DNA of 63,777 nt, filler included, from Reticulomyxa filosa (lineage: Eukaryota; Protista; Foraminifera), in NCBI GenBank assembly GCA_000512085.1. It is 22 parts of 22 records of this genome, joined end to end, with 100 filler letters (N's around TTAATTAATTAA, not from the genome) between each part and the next. Parts side by side here need not be neighbours in the genome. Positions count along the whole stretch, not along the records: positions 16,886 to 23,699 come from ASPP01002653.1; positions 23,800 to 25,997 come from ASPP01041357.1; positions 26,098 to 28,706 come from ASPP01019121.1; positions 28,807 to 30,272 come from ASPP01021454.1; positions 30,373 to 31,964 come from ASPP01005374.1; positions 32,065 to 33,068 come from ASPP01034859.1; positions 33,169 to 34,630 come from ASPP01026760.1; 15 more parts are not named here. One strand, given 5' to 3'. The position numbers and the translations under genes are program-made. This document shows, piece after piece, positions 21,901 through 33,298 of the stretch; the stretch's first letter is position 1, and every line of letters starts with the position of its first letter. Under the pieces are notes generated by a model, which saw only the letters and a list, made by a program, of their open reading frames with translations, was not told the DNA's origin and ran no database searches.

Positions 21901-23699
21901 TCAAACCTGATCAATCTTTTTTATTTTTGATTTTACATCTTGTGTATTCTGATGTTGGTTACCGAATATTTGAGTAAAAATAATTACTGCATCTTCATAA
22001 TACTTTTTTGCTTTGCTTTTATCTCCATTTATAAAATAGACATCTCCTAAAAGAACATAAGTTTCACCAATATGTGGATGATTAGAATCTAATTTTTTTA
22101 ATCTCAAGCTCAATGCCTTTTGTCCAAATTCAATTGATTTGTCCAATTCATTCTTATTTTTAAATGCACTTGCCAAATAATGAAAAGACAGAGCAATAAT
22201 AGGATGCTCAACATGATGCTTCTTTAATCTGATTGTCAACGATTTTTCAAAATGTTCAATTGCCTCATCATTTTTTTCTTCTTTTTCCAATCTAATCCCA
22301 ACACATCATATGAATTTGCAATATTCAAATCAAAACTTCTTTTTACTGTTTACAAAAATTTTCAAAGCTTTTTCAGCATATTCTTTGCCTTTATCCGTTT
22401 GTTCTTTTCCTTTTAGCCACACCAATCCCAATCGATTGTAAGATTTTGCAACAGAACTATCATGTTCCCCAAACTTCTTCAAGAGAATTTTTAAAGCTTT
22501 CTCATATTCTTCAATCGATCTTTCATATTGTCCTTTTTCAAAATATACTCTCCCAAAATTGCAGAATGCGATTGCAACAATGTCACGATTATCATCTAAT
22601 TCCCTTACTCTTATTTCCAGTGGTTTTTCATAGTATTCAATCGCTTTGTCATAGTCCCCTTTATCACAATAAGCATTCCCTAAATTATTATATAAATCAA
22701 CACTATAAATGCCGTTACATTTATCTAAGTACATATTTAATGCTTTTTCATAATATTCAATTACTCTGCTAAATTCTCCTTTACAATTATAAGCATAACT
22801 CAAATTGCAGTATAAGTGTCCACCAACAATGTGATTTTTGCCTAATTTATCTAATACTATTTTCAAGGCTTTTTCGCAGAATGTAATTGCTATGTCGTGT
22901 TCACCTTTTCCATTATAAGAAACTCCCAAACTGTTGTATAAATCAGCAACATCAATATTATCTTCGCCTTGTTTATCTAATCTTATTTTTAGTGCTTTTT
23001 TGTAGTATTCAATAGCGATATCATATTCATCTTTATCATCATAAATACATCCCAATTTGTTATGTGATTTAGCAACATCAATGTGATCTTCACCTAATTT
23101 ATCCAATCTTATTTTTAGCCCTTTTTCACAGTATTCAATTGCCCTATCGTATTCACCTTTTTTCCAATAATATCTCCCAAATCGTAATGTGATTCAGCAA
23201 CGTCAATACTATCTTCGCCTAATCTATCTAATCTTATTTTCAGAGATTTTTCGTAGCATTTAATTGCCATATCGTATTCATCTTTATTCTCGTAAATATT
23301 GGCCAAATTGTTGTATGAACTACCAACACCAATATGACCTTCGCCTAATCTATCTACTCTTATTTTCAAGGCTTTTTCGTGGAATGTAATTGCTATATCG
23401 TATTTATCTTTTTCGTTATAAGCCGCTCCCAAATTGTTGTATAAATCAGCAACATCAATATTATCTTTACCTTGTTTATCTAATCTTATTTTTAGTTCTT
23501 TTTTGGAGTATTCAATCGCTTTGTCCCATTCATTTTTCTTATAATAAATATATCCCAATTTGTTATATGAATTAGCAACGTCAATATGATTTTCACCTAA
23601 TTTATCTAATATTATTTTCAAGGCTTTTTCGTGGAATGTAATTGCTATGTCGTATTCATCTTTTTTATTATAAGCCAATCCCAAATTGTAATATGAATC
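21901..23699 (-). CDS. Tandem 42-aa TPR array (kinesin-light-chain/TPR_12 type, about 14 repeats), 5'-truncated, frameshifted
   Basis: Repeats of ALKIRLDKLGE.HIDVA.SYN.LG..Y..K.EYD.AIEY at a 126-bp period. The three ORFs are linked by slips at A/G runs near 23170 and 22290-22340. Confidence 0.92.
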
Positions 23700-23940
23700 N
23701 NNNNNNNNNNNNNNNNNNNNNNNNNNNNNNNNNNNNNNNNNNNTTAATTAATTAANNNNNNNNNNNNNNNNNNNNNNNNNNNNNNNNNNNNNNNNNNNNA
23801 ATCAACAAGGTTTACACATTGATATTTACACTTGATAGCTTTTCTTTTTTTTTTTTTTTTTGAGTAAAAATGATTGACATAAAATCCAAAATGAATGCAA
23901 TTGAAAAATTAATGAAGTAGTCTTTGACAAAGAGGAGGAC

Positions 23941-25093
23941 ATGTTTAAAGAAGAAAAGTTGAATGAAAGAAAAAAAGCAGATGAAAAGGAGAATCGAACT
24001 GACACTGTTGTATGCAATACTTACAATCCTTCAGTCGTAAAAACTGTAAGCAGACATGAGGGGACTGTGTGGAGTATGGAATTTTTGTCATATGATGGAA
24101 AGTACTTCATTGGTTCTGGTTCGGGTGATAATAAAGTGTGTTTGTGGGATCTAATGAACCCGCGTCCGATGAAAACCTTTTGTGGACATGACGATGTGGT
24201 ATATTCGATTCAATTTTCAACATTTCATCGACGACAACATTATCCGATCATTTGTTCCGCATCACGTGATAAAACCATTTTTTTTGGGATTTTGATACTT
24301 GCAAGCCATTTAAAAAATTGATTGGACATAGCGATTGTGTAATGGAAATACATGTATCACCGTTCAATAAGGGCGAGCAATTGTGCTCTGCTTCCTGGGA
24401 TGGAACAATTCGATTATGGAATCTGAAAACTGATGAACAGAAAACTGTTTGTAATACAACATCGAGTTTTTGGACTGTTCAGTTTTCACCACTTCAAAAT
24501 GATATTGACACGGCAAATGGAACTGGATATACTATATGTGCTGGGTCATATAATGGAACCATTCATTTGTGGGACATTGAGAAAACAAAGGAATTGAACA
24601 CCTTCAAAAAAAACAATGGCGTTATCAGGAGTGTCCAGTATTCTCCATTTCATTTTAGTGCTGGTGGATTTACTGGTGGAAATACAATATGCTCTGGATC
24701 ACAAGATCGCAAAGTTTGTTTGTGGGACACTCGTACGCAACAAGAATCTATTTTCTTTGAAGGCCATACGGACGATGTTTATTGTGTAAAATTTTTGTCG
24801 TCTCAAAGTGCATATTCCAAATCTATAACCAAAAGCAATGACCAAACCAAACAAAACGTCATCATCAATTCAAATGTAATCTGCTCCGGATCTTCCGATA
24901 ATACCATTCGATTTTGGGATGTTCGAAACAATAAACAATTACATGCAGCTGAGAGCAACTTTGGCGACAATGGTGTAATATCACTGCAATTCCAAAACTT
25001 AACGCTATTTCTACTACCACACGCAATACTTACTACAACAACATTATTTTATGTTCTGGGTCAAATAATGGAACAATCCACGTATGGGCGTAA
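23941..25093 (+). CDS. WD40-repeat protein, frameshifted
   Basis: GSGSGDNKVCLWD, GHDDVVYSIQF, CSASWDGTIRLWN, CSGSQDRKVCLWD, CSGSSDNTIRFWD; terminal LCSGSNNGTIHVWA* ends at 25093. Slips at a T run near 24280 and near 25000. Confidence 0.88.
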
Positions 25094-25785
25094 ATATATT
25101 TCAAAAAAAAAGCAAATTTCTTAACATGCGACTTTGAACGTTTAGATTTTTCTACATATTTTCAAAATTAAAGTAATTTTTGTAAACAATATATTCAAAT
25201 ACAGTAGTTTGCGAATAGAACACATACTATACTACTTTATAACAATAATCAATTTTCTCTGCGAAAAACAAGCATTTAATGCTAATTTTTAAAAAAATCT
25301 GCAAGCATTGAAGTTTCGAATATGATATTGATCTTTCAACAACATTGCATCACTTAGTTGAAGTGCATGGACCTAATTCATGGGCAAAATATAACATCCA
25401 ATTAACGAAAAGTACCAACGTAATCTGAAAATTTATGTCAAATACAATAGTTTGCAAAAAACCGTACACAAAAAAAAAAAAGAGCTTTTTTAGTACTTGA
25501 CTTGTATATCGCTGTCAAACTTTTCATTGTCAATGTGGACAAGATTAATTCAGTATGTCTCATTTCTGCTTTAATGGATACTGTTGTTTTCAATGATAAC
25601 TTACAAGACTTTCAAAATGTGGCTAGTATATTCTTTCAAACTTTTTTAAAAACTAGTTCAACTTGAATTTGTTTTTATGTATTTATTTGAATAATTTATT
25701 CTATGTAAAATACATGTTTGTTGTTTTTTTTTGTTTTTCAAAAAAGTAATACCATCCCCTTTTTAAAAAAAAATTCAGCAATAGC

Positions 25786-25997
25786 ATGGCTAATCAAACT
25801 ACAACACAAGAACTTCCTGAAAAACAACTTGAACAAAGTCAGCAGCTTAGTACTTCATCTCCCTTTCAAATTTTGAAGGAGTTACCTATTGCACTTGACC
25901 AACCTCAATGTGTGTCACACAAGCATGAAATCCTCATTTGTGGAGGTTGTAATCAAAGAGTTTGTTATTCTTATCATACGCTCAAAAACGAATACAA
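25786..25997 (+). CDS. Kelch-repeat family protein, N-terminus only (cut by contig end)
   Basis: PFQILKELPIALDQPQCVSHKHEILICGGCNQRVCYSYHTLKNEY is homologous to 30446-31474. Confidence 0.8.
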
Positions 25998-26599
25998 NNN
26001 NNNNNNNNNNNNNNNNNNNNNNNNNNNNNNNNNNNNNNNNNTTAATTAATTAANNNNNNNNNNNNNNNNNNNNNNNNNNNNNNNNNNNNNNNNNNNNTTT
26101 CAAGTTTTTCAAGCAAATTTCAATCTCAACAGATTAACTTTATTGTTTTTCTTTAACTATTTTTGCATGGACCTTTGGTCGTTGTAAGATTTGTGTGTTT
26201 TCTTTTGAGTACTGTGTTCTATTTCTTAGAACGATGTGGTAGTTAACATGTCTGCCTTACCATTAGATCGGATGCTTGAACCAATTCCATGTTGGGTATT
26301 TTATCCAATCATGGCTTGCAGTATAGCCGATTGGGGTAAAAACACTTTGCCTCGACCGTTCGGATCGCCTTCACAAGCTAGTGGGTTTTGGTTTTACTAC
26401 AAAAAAAAATTTTTACTAGTAAAAAAAATTTCGGACTTGAGGCTTCTTATTGTGTGAAACGACTTGAATTTTCGACGATTTTGAGATATATCGATATATC
26501 ACTTGTTCTAAGTTTACTTGAAGTGATCTCGATCGTTAATGATTATAATATAGTTGTTTTTTTTTCACCACGAATTGAGAAGCAACAAATGGGAACAAT

Positions 26600-28706
26600 T
26601 TAGATTTAGAATATTGAAAATTGGATGGAATCTATTGATCCAATTATATCGAGAGCTCAATATCTTCTGACAATCTATAATGGCAATTTATAGACCATTG
26701 TTAAATATCGAATTAATCACGAACTTGCAATCAGTGAGAATAATCACTCTTCCACAATGTGATCTGTAATGATTATTCATATATTCCAATGCAAGCCTCA
26801 TCGCTTCGATCTCTGATCCAATGTTTGTTGTAATACCATTCCACGAGACAATGTCGATAATTTGATATTTAATTCATTCCAAATCTTGTATGCCAATACA
26901 AGATTATGACCATTGAATCGACTTAACCTCTGATACGTTTGTCTTCGTCGTAATTCAAGAGGGGAGAAGCTAGTAAATAACATTGACTGTATCATAAGCA
27001 GTCCGGTTCATCACACCAAGAATTCGACACATTGCAATCCTTTGTATCCTTACAATCGTCTCTTATGAGTGTCTGTACACCATTCCAAAATGTCGATGCA
27101 TATTCGAGACTCGGACAATGGTCTTGTACAATAGACTTGGTCTGACACCTTTGTATGAACATACTTATATCAAATATACAAGTTTCGCTGCTTTGCCATA
27201 GATGTAATTAAGATGATCAAATCCAAAATACTTCACATGATCGCATTCTTTCAGGTTTGAGTGCTGCAATATCAATATTTGATGTCTGGATGTGATGCAC
27301 TGCGTTTTATCAGCTGCAAGTAACATCTTCCATTTATTCGACCAAATGAATACTTTATACAGACTTTGCTGCAATGATTGCAATTGAACATCCATTTCAT
27401 TGACATCACTTGTGCATATCGATGTCCAAAGTGCAACATCATCAGCAAACATTCCACATTGAATAGGTTGATGAATAGCTGTTGGTAAATCATTGATATA
27501 CAGTAGAAATAATATTGGGGATAAAGCAGATCCTTGAGGAATTAGTTCCATTCAATACAGCTCTTCCAAGTCGATCTGATAAGAAACTATCAATCCACCA
27601 ATATAATCTTATATCTCAATCCATTTCTATCATACGCTGCAGATATATCCAATAACACTGCATAAGTCACTGAATTGCAATCGAATGACTTGTGGATCAG
27701 TCTCAGTCAATTTCAACAATTCATCTGTATTATGCCACTACGGAATCTTGCTTGTGTTTGGTGTAATAATTGCTTATAATCTCCTTGTGATTCTTTCCAA
27801 CACTTGATAATAATGCAATCGGCCTATAATTCTTGCACTATATCTCTGTCAGGCTTGGGAATAGTCACAATGTTTGCCTTTTTCCATGCAATAGGCAAAT
27901 AGGAATATCAATGATTCAATCATTGCGTTGCCACCATTCTTGAGAATTTGATTATGGATGTTATCAGGACCTTGGGCTTTATACGTCGACAAATGTCTCA
28001 TAGCTTCAATAATTTCTTCTTTTGTAATATCATTTTGATGAATATCAATCATCATTTAATTCCAATGGCTTAGATATTGCCACTTTAAATCTGAACCAGT
28101 TCATAATGCTTTTCATCCACATCTTTTGGAGGCTGATGAGGCTCTGACAATAAATATGCTTTATCAATATCTGATCTTGCAACTGAACTTGTCTCCTTGT
28201 TCACCAATGCTGGGATAATGCATATTTTATTGGTGTTCAATGCCTTGAATTGTGTAAATAAATGTTTGTGTTCCCTTCATGCAACGAATTAATGCTGTCT
28301 ACCATATGTTGATTCTTTCGCAATTGCTTGGCAGCTCTCTTATACAACATCAAATTCCTTGGTGTAATCTGTTCTTTGACTTTTGAACTCTCTTTCGTAA
28401 TCGACTTAGACTATCACTCCACCATGGCTTTTTGCCTTTCCAAATTGTCTTGATACCAATTGTCGCTTTTAGCTTCAATAACATATTTGGTCCAAGATTC
28501 GACTGCTGTCCAAAGAATTTTGATCCAATATTTCTTTTCAATCTAAATTGTTCTAAATCACGTTCAATATCAAAACAACGTGGTCATCACTACGAATTGA
28601 ACGACAAAAGATTGAGACTTGGAATCTGAGAAGTAGATGATCTGATTGCATATCCAATTCGACATTATCAGTTCTCCAATTACTAATTAATGAAAGAATA
28701 TACGAT
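26600..28706 (-). mobile_element. Decayed non-LTR retrotransposon (LINE) ORF2: end of APE endonuclease, reverse transcriptase and probable RNase H remnant
   Basis: SDHLL (APE C-terminus, about 28640), KPWWS, KAQGPDNIHNQILK, YRPIALLSSVGK, PQGSALSPILFLLYINDLP, FADDVALW, VKYFG, and VIILTDCKFVINSI (RNase H-like, about 26720); many stops and frameshifts. Confidence 0.9.
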
Positions 28707-30445
28707 NNNNNNNNNNNNNNNNNNNNNNNNNNNNNNNNNNNNNNNNNNNNTTAATTAATTAANNNNNNNNNNNNNNNNNNNNNNNNNNNNNNNNNNNNNN
28801 NNNNNNCACATATTCTCCAATGGCACGTAGGACCACAGTTTGCATTATGCATTTGAACTGTCACTCACATCCAAATACACGTCATCAAAAAGGGTAAATC
28901 CAAGTGCTCGCTCACAAAAAGCACAAAAGTGAGCCAAGTGGCAATGGCAAGGAGCAATGTCACAAGCAAAAGTTGATAGCCAGAAAAAATGACACGTGTT
29001 CCCAACTCGAAATAAAAAATGGCAACTCCACAAACATGATATGTTGTCATGGAAGACTATGTATTGACTAGTTTCTCCAGGTGTTTTTCCAAATTTTTTT
29101 TTCACTGTCCCGAAAATTTGCAAAATGGAGGACAACAACAAGATGGAAGAAAAAAAAAATCGACAACAATAATGATATTGAATAACACTTAAACATCAAG
29201 ATGGCGTCAAATGTGGAGACCAAATGCTAATCGAATTACGTACGTATTTGATCCCCTTTGAAGCGTTATATGATTCATTTTTGAAAGCGTGCGAACGTGG
29301 ACATTTAGCAATAATTCGTTTGTTACTCGAAGAAATGTTTCCGGAATGAGACTGATAGTCGCTGCATTCTTCATCGTCGCTGTCTATTTGACAAACGTAA
29401 AACTCAGAGGTCTTGGCTGACAAAGATGATCGTAGTTGTCGCATTAATAGCAATACCAACATTAATATCCATGCAAATGGCACTGCTAGTGGCAGCAATG
29501 ATAATAATGATAACGATAATTTCAAATAACAGTCACAATCACGACAACAAATAATGGCTCAAATTCATCCAATTCCCATTTACGAAACTGAAACTAGGTA
29601 TACTTGTGAAGAATGAGTTGAAAAGGCATATTTATTGCTGTGTTCTGAAAGCTGTGGTGAGAAAACAAATGATATCAATGACACTGTCACGGTTGAAAAT
29701 CAAAATCCATATCAACATCTGCATTCACATCAACACCAACATCACAACCAATATATCAATACTACAAAGGTCACAAACAGAAAATGAAAATGGTCAATCT
29801 ATTTAAACAGGCATTATCCATTGACAACAATGAGGATTTGGTGTAATAAAAATTGCTTGAAAAGTTTCAATGAAAATAATATCAACAAAAGGATAAAATT
29901 GGAGTAGAAAACAGTGTTATCCACTTGCAAAAATTTTCTAGGATTGTTTGTAACTCTTTTTTTTCATTTCCCCAAGAGCACAAAAAAAAACTTGTAAAAA
30001 CTTTTTTTGAAGTCTACCAAGAGTTTTTTTGTATGTTATTTAAAAAGTGTTTTAAATTCCTGTTCAAATTAGAACACCCAAATTTCTAACAATAAATACA
30101 TTCTACAAAAATTTTATACACAAAAACAACAACATCATATTATATAGATTACTATTGATTTACATGTGCCATTCTTGTTTAGAGAAAAATACTATTTTTT
30201 ATTTATAGAAGTTCTAAATCAAAAAAATCAAAAGGATTTACATCATCATGCTCGAACAACTTCAACAAACGTNNNNNNNNNNNNNNNNNNNNNNNNNNNN
30301 NNNNNNNNNNNNNNNNTTAATTAATTAANNNNNNNNNNNNNNNNNNNNNNNNNNNNNNNNNNNNNNNNNNNNTCTTCTTCTTCTTCTTCTTCTTCTTCTT
30401 CTTCTACTGCTTTCAATACATTTCCATTTTCCTTTTCTTCTTTAT

Positions 30446-31474
30446 TCACCATTTGCTTACTTCCGCTTTCATGTGTGTTGATACTGGCATTCCTTTGTCA
30501 TTCCATCCTCCAATAATATGTACATATGTATTGTCATCACTCAATACTGCCACACAATTATGCAATAGATTGGGTAAAGTATTTTGGAATGTCGTCCATT
30601 TGTTTTCTTGAATTGAATAATTGTGCACTAATTTTGAAACAACACTCTCATCATCTGATTTACAATTCCACCCATCAAAGAATAAGATTATATTATTGAT
30701 GCACACATAAGCATATTCATTGAATGGAGCAATCTCATCACAAACAGGTATTTGACGAAATTGAAAAGTATTGTTATCTTCATTATATTCTATTGACAAT
30801 CCTGTCTTTTTACAAAATAACAACATTTCACACATTCTCTTCTTTCTGCTCTTACTTCTTTCTTCTGTTTTCATCATTCCACATTTTAATACAAAGCAAT
30901 GAAATAATATTTCAATTTCAGTTGGCAAAGTATCATGTTTAATAAATTGAAATAAATTTAAATCAAATACGCTAATATTCTTTGGAAAATAAGTGATAAA
31001 TAACAAATTATTGTTGCTTCCACCGATCACTGCACGCACTCCTTGATAATTCGCTTTTTTTTCTTTTTCATCTTTTCCAATCTGAACTGGGCGCTTGTGA
31101 TTGTTAGTCAAAGGAATCCATTGATTGCGATTGCTTGCTTTCTTTGATTTTGCATTACTCCAAACACTTACATATTTCATTATCAATGTATGCTTATAAT
31201 ATCCACCAAAAGACAACAAAGTGGTTTCATTGCTATCATTTTTATTATCTTCCAGCTTCACTACACAGTGTCCAACTAATTTCACATCACTTGGATACTT
31301 ACAGATAAACTTGTATTCATTTTTGCGTGTGTGATAAGAATAACAGTCCCTTTTATGAACACCTCCACAAATGATGAGTTCGTTTTCATGTAGCACACAT
31401 TGAGACAAAGCAAGTGGAATGGGCAGATCTTCCAAAGCTTGAAAATGAGTTGGTGTAATATTTTGATTAATCAT
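30446..31474 (-). CDS. Kelch-repeat (beta-propeller) family protein
   Basis: ELIICGG..CYSYH, LVGHCVVK..LLSFGG, AVIGG, HCFV, YAYVCINNIILFFDGW, YSIQENKW, VHIIGG are kelch GG/W motifs. Confidence 0.88.
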   Translation of the reverse strand: MINQNITPTHFQALEDLPIPLALSQCVLHENELIICGGVHKRDCYSYHTRKNEYKFICKYPSDVKLVGHCVVKLEDNKNDSNETTLLSFGGYYKHTLIMKYVSVWSNAKSKKASNRNQWIPLTNNHKRPVQIGKDEKEKKANYQGVRAVIGGSNNNLLFITYFPKNISVFDLNLFQFIKHDTLPTEIEILFHCFVLKCGMMKTEERSKSRKKRMCEMLLFCKKTGLSIEYNEDNNTFQFRQIPVCDEIAPFNEYAYVCINNIILFFDGWNCKSDDESVVSKLVHNYSIQENKWTTFQNTLPNLLHNCVAVLSDDNTYVHIIGGWNDKGMPVSTHMKAEVSKW

Positions 31475-31771
31475 GTATTATCAAGTTTAAATTTTTTTTT
31501 ATTTTGAAAGGGACTTTGAAAAAAAAAAAGAAAATTATAAAAACTGCAAAAACAAATGAAACATTAATTGCATATGATCGTTTTCCAAGAAAATAAAATA
31601 CTCGGATGAAAAAAAATGAACAAATAAGATTTAATCTACCACGCATTATGTATTTTAATATATCAAGCCAAAAATGGAGTCGTATTGTGAAGAAATCCTT
31701 TTCTTTCGGAGACGTTTTTTGAAGTTTGAAAATTTACTCTGTATACGAAAAGGATTATTTGACAAATAAAG

Positions 31772-31964
31772 ATGGGTGGCGCAATAAAAAAGGCAGCAAC
31801 ATCAATAGGAAATGTAGCGAAAAAAGTTGTAACGGAGACCGTAAACGTGGGCGTCAAACAGTGCAAAGCACGTTCGAAGTGATAAAAAATCCAATCACAA
31901 CCATAAAAAGAGCAGTGAATATGGCAAAGCAAGTGGTGAAAGGCGCATGGGATATGGTGAAAAA
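31772..31964 (+). CDS. 5' end of a hypothetical protein with an amphipathic helical N-terminus
   Basis: MGGAIKKAATSIGNVAKKVVTETVNVGVK continues as TVQSTFEVIKNPITTIKRAVNMAKQVVKGAWDMVK after one A slip near 31858; cut by the contig end. Confidence 0.5.
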
Positions 31965-32064
31965 NNNNNNNNNNNNNNNNNNNNNNNNNNNNNNNNNNNN
32001 NNNNNNNNTTAATTAATTAANNNNNNNNNNNNNNNNNNNNNNNNNNNNNNNNNNNNNNNNNNNN

Positions 32065-33068
32065 CCAATATCAAATGCTTGATTAAAATCACCATCATAA
32101 TCTGCTTGAATCTTTCCTTTCAAACTAGGTGATCTCACAATGATAATTTCATATTTCTGTAATTCTGTTACCAAATTTTTTAAAGTACTGTTCACTGCAT
32201 GTTCACTTCTTTTTATCAAATCTTCAATACTCTTTGCATGTTGTCTTATTTTGCTTGCTTAAATCAATGGAATCAACAAAAACATATGATTTCATGGACT
32301 TAATTATTATCATCAAATTTTCAATTTTATTGTCTGTTATCAAATGATCCATTGTTACATCATTTTGATTAAAATGCCATTTTTGAAAAAAGCTTTTTTT
32401 TAAATGTGCATGAATGCACCATAAATAAATAAATCGTTGCGAAAATCGCCGCCAGGTTTTATTTTTAGCAAACTAGATGGAACACCATTAACGAATAAAT
32501 CATTAAGAGAATTACAAGGATATTTAATTTTAGGAAAATTCCAATGGAACAACCGTTGAAATTCAATTTGCCATGTTCATTTTCATTTGAACAAATGGCT
32601 TTGTGGTAATTCACAAATTTTATGAACTTATCTTCTTTTGAATCAAAATCAAAGGTGAAAACTCCTTTTTTACGTAAACTTTTCATTAAACAAGTAAAAA
32701 ATTAATCAACAATATCATATTCAATATATTCATAAAGTATCATTTTAACATTAAATGGCATCCCATATTTCAAATCAACAGTTTGTGATATAATATTAAA
32801 TACTTGAAGTCATGCCATAACATTCCAATTTTAATCAATAACGCGTCAACAACTGTGTTCACAATTTTTTAATTTTCTTTATTCTCTGTTTCAAACCAAC
32901 ATTCTCATAATTTGGTGTAAAACATTTAAACGTTGCCCATCGATAAACCGTAACACGTGATATCTCTTTTAGCTTCGCAATTACACAGAATAAAGCAATT
33001 GCGATCATAAACTTATAATCAACCATTACATAATGATCTCTTTTTGCGAGTCTTTCCAAATTACCTTC
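32065..33068 (-). pseudogene. Decayed coding sequence ending in RSPSL..ADYDGD (possible two-barrel RNA polymerase or RdRP relic)
   Basis: Short broken ORFs, all on the minus strand; last segment IIIVRSPSLKGKIQADYDGDFNQAFD. Confidence 0.3.
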
Positions 33069-33298
33069 NNNNNNNNNNNNNNNNNNNNNNNNNNNNNNNN
33101 NNNNNNNNNNNNTTAATTAATTAANNNNNNNNNNNNNNNNNNNNNNNNNNNNNNNNNNNNNNNNNNNNTGTGTGTGTGATATGACTCGACCTAAAAAAAA
33201 ATGAAAAAACAGACCATTTAGACTCATTTTGACGATGAAGTAATAACAATTTACTAGCATCTCGTCTGGAGCTTGGTATCTTTTATTGTTTTTATTGT

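Noticed and set aside
28807-30272. Short ORFs on contig 7
   Set aside because: No recognisable motif and no consistent exon structure.
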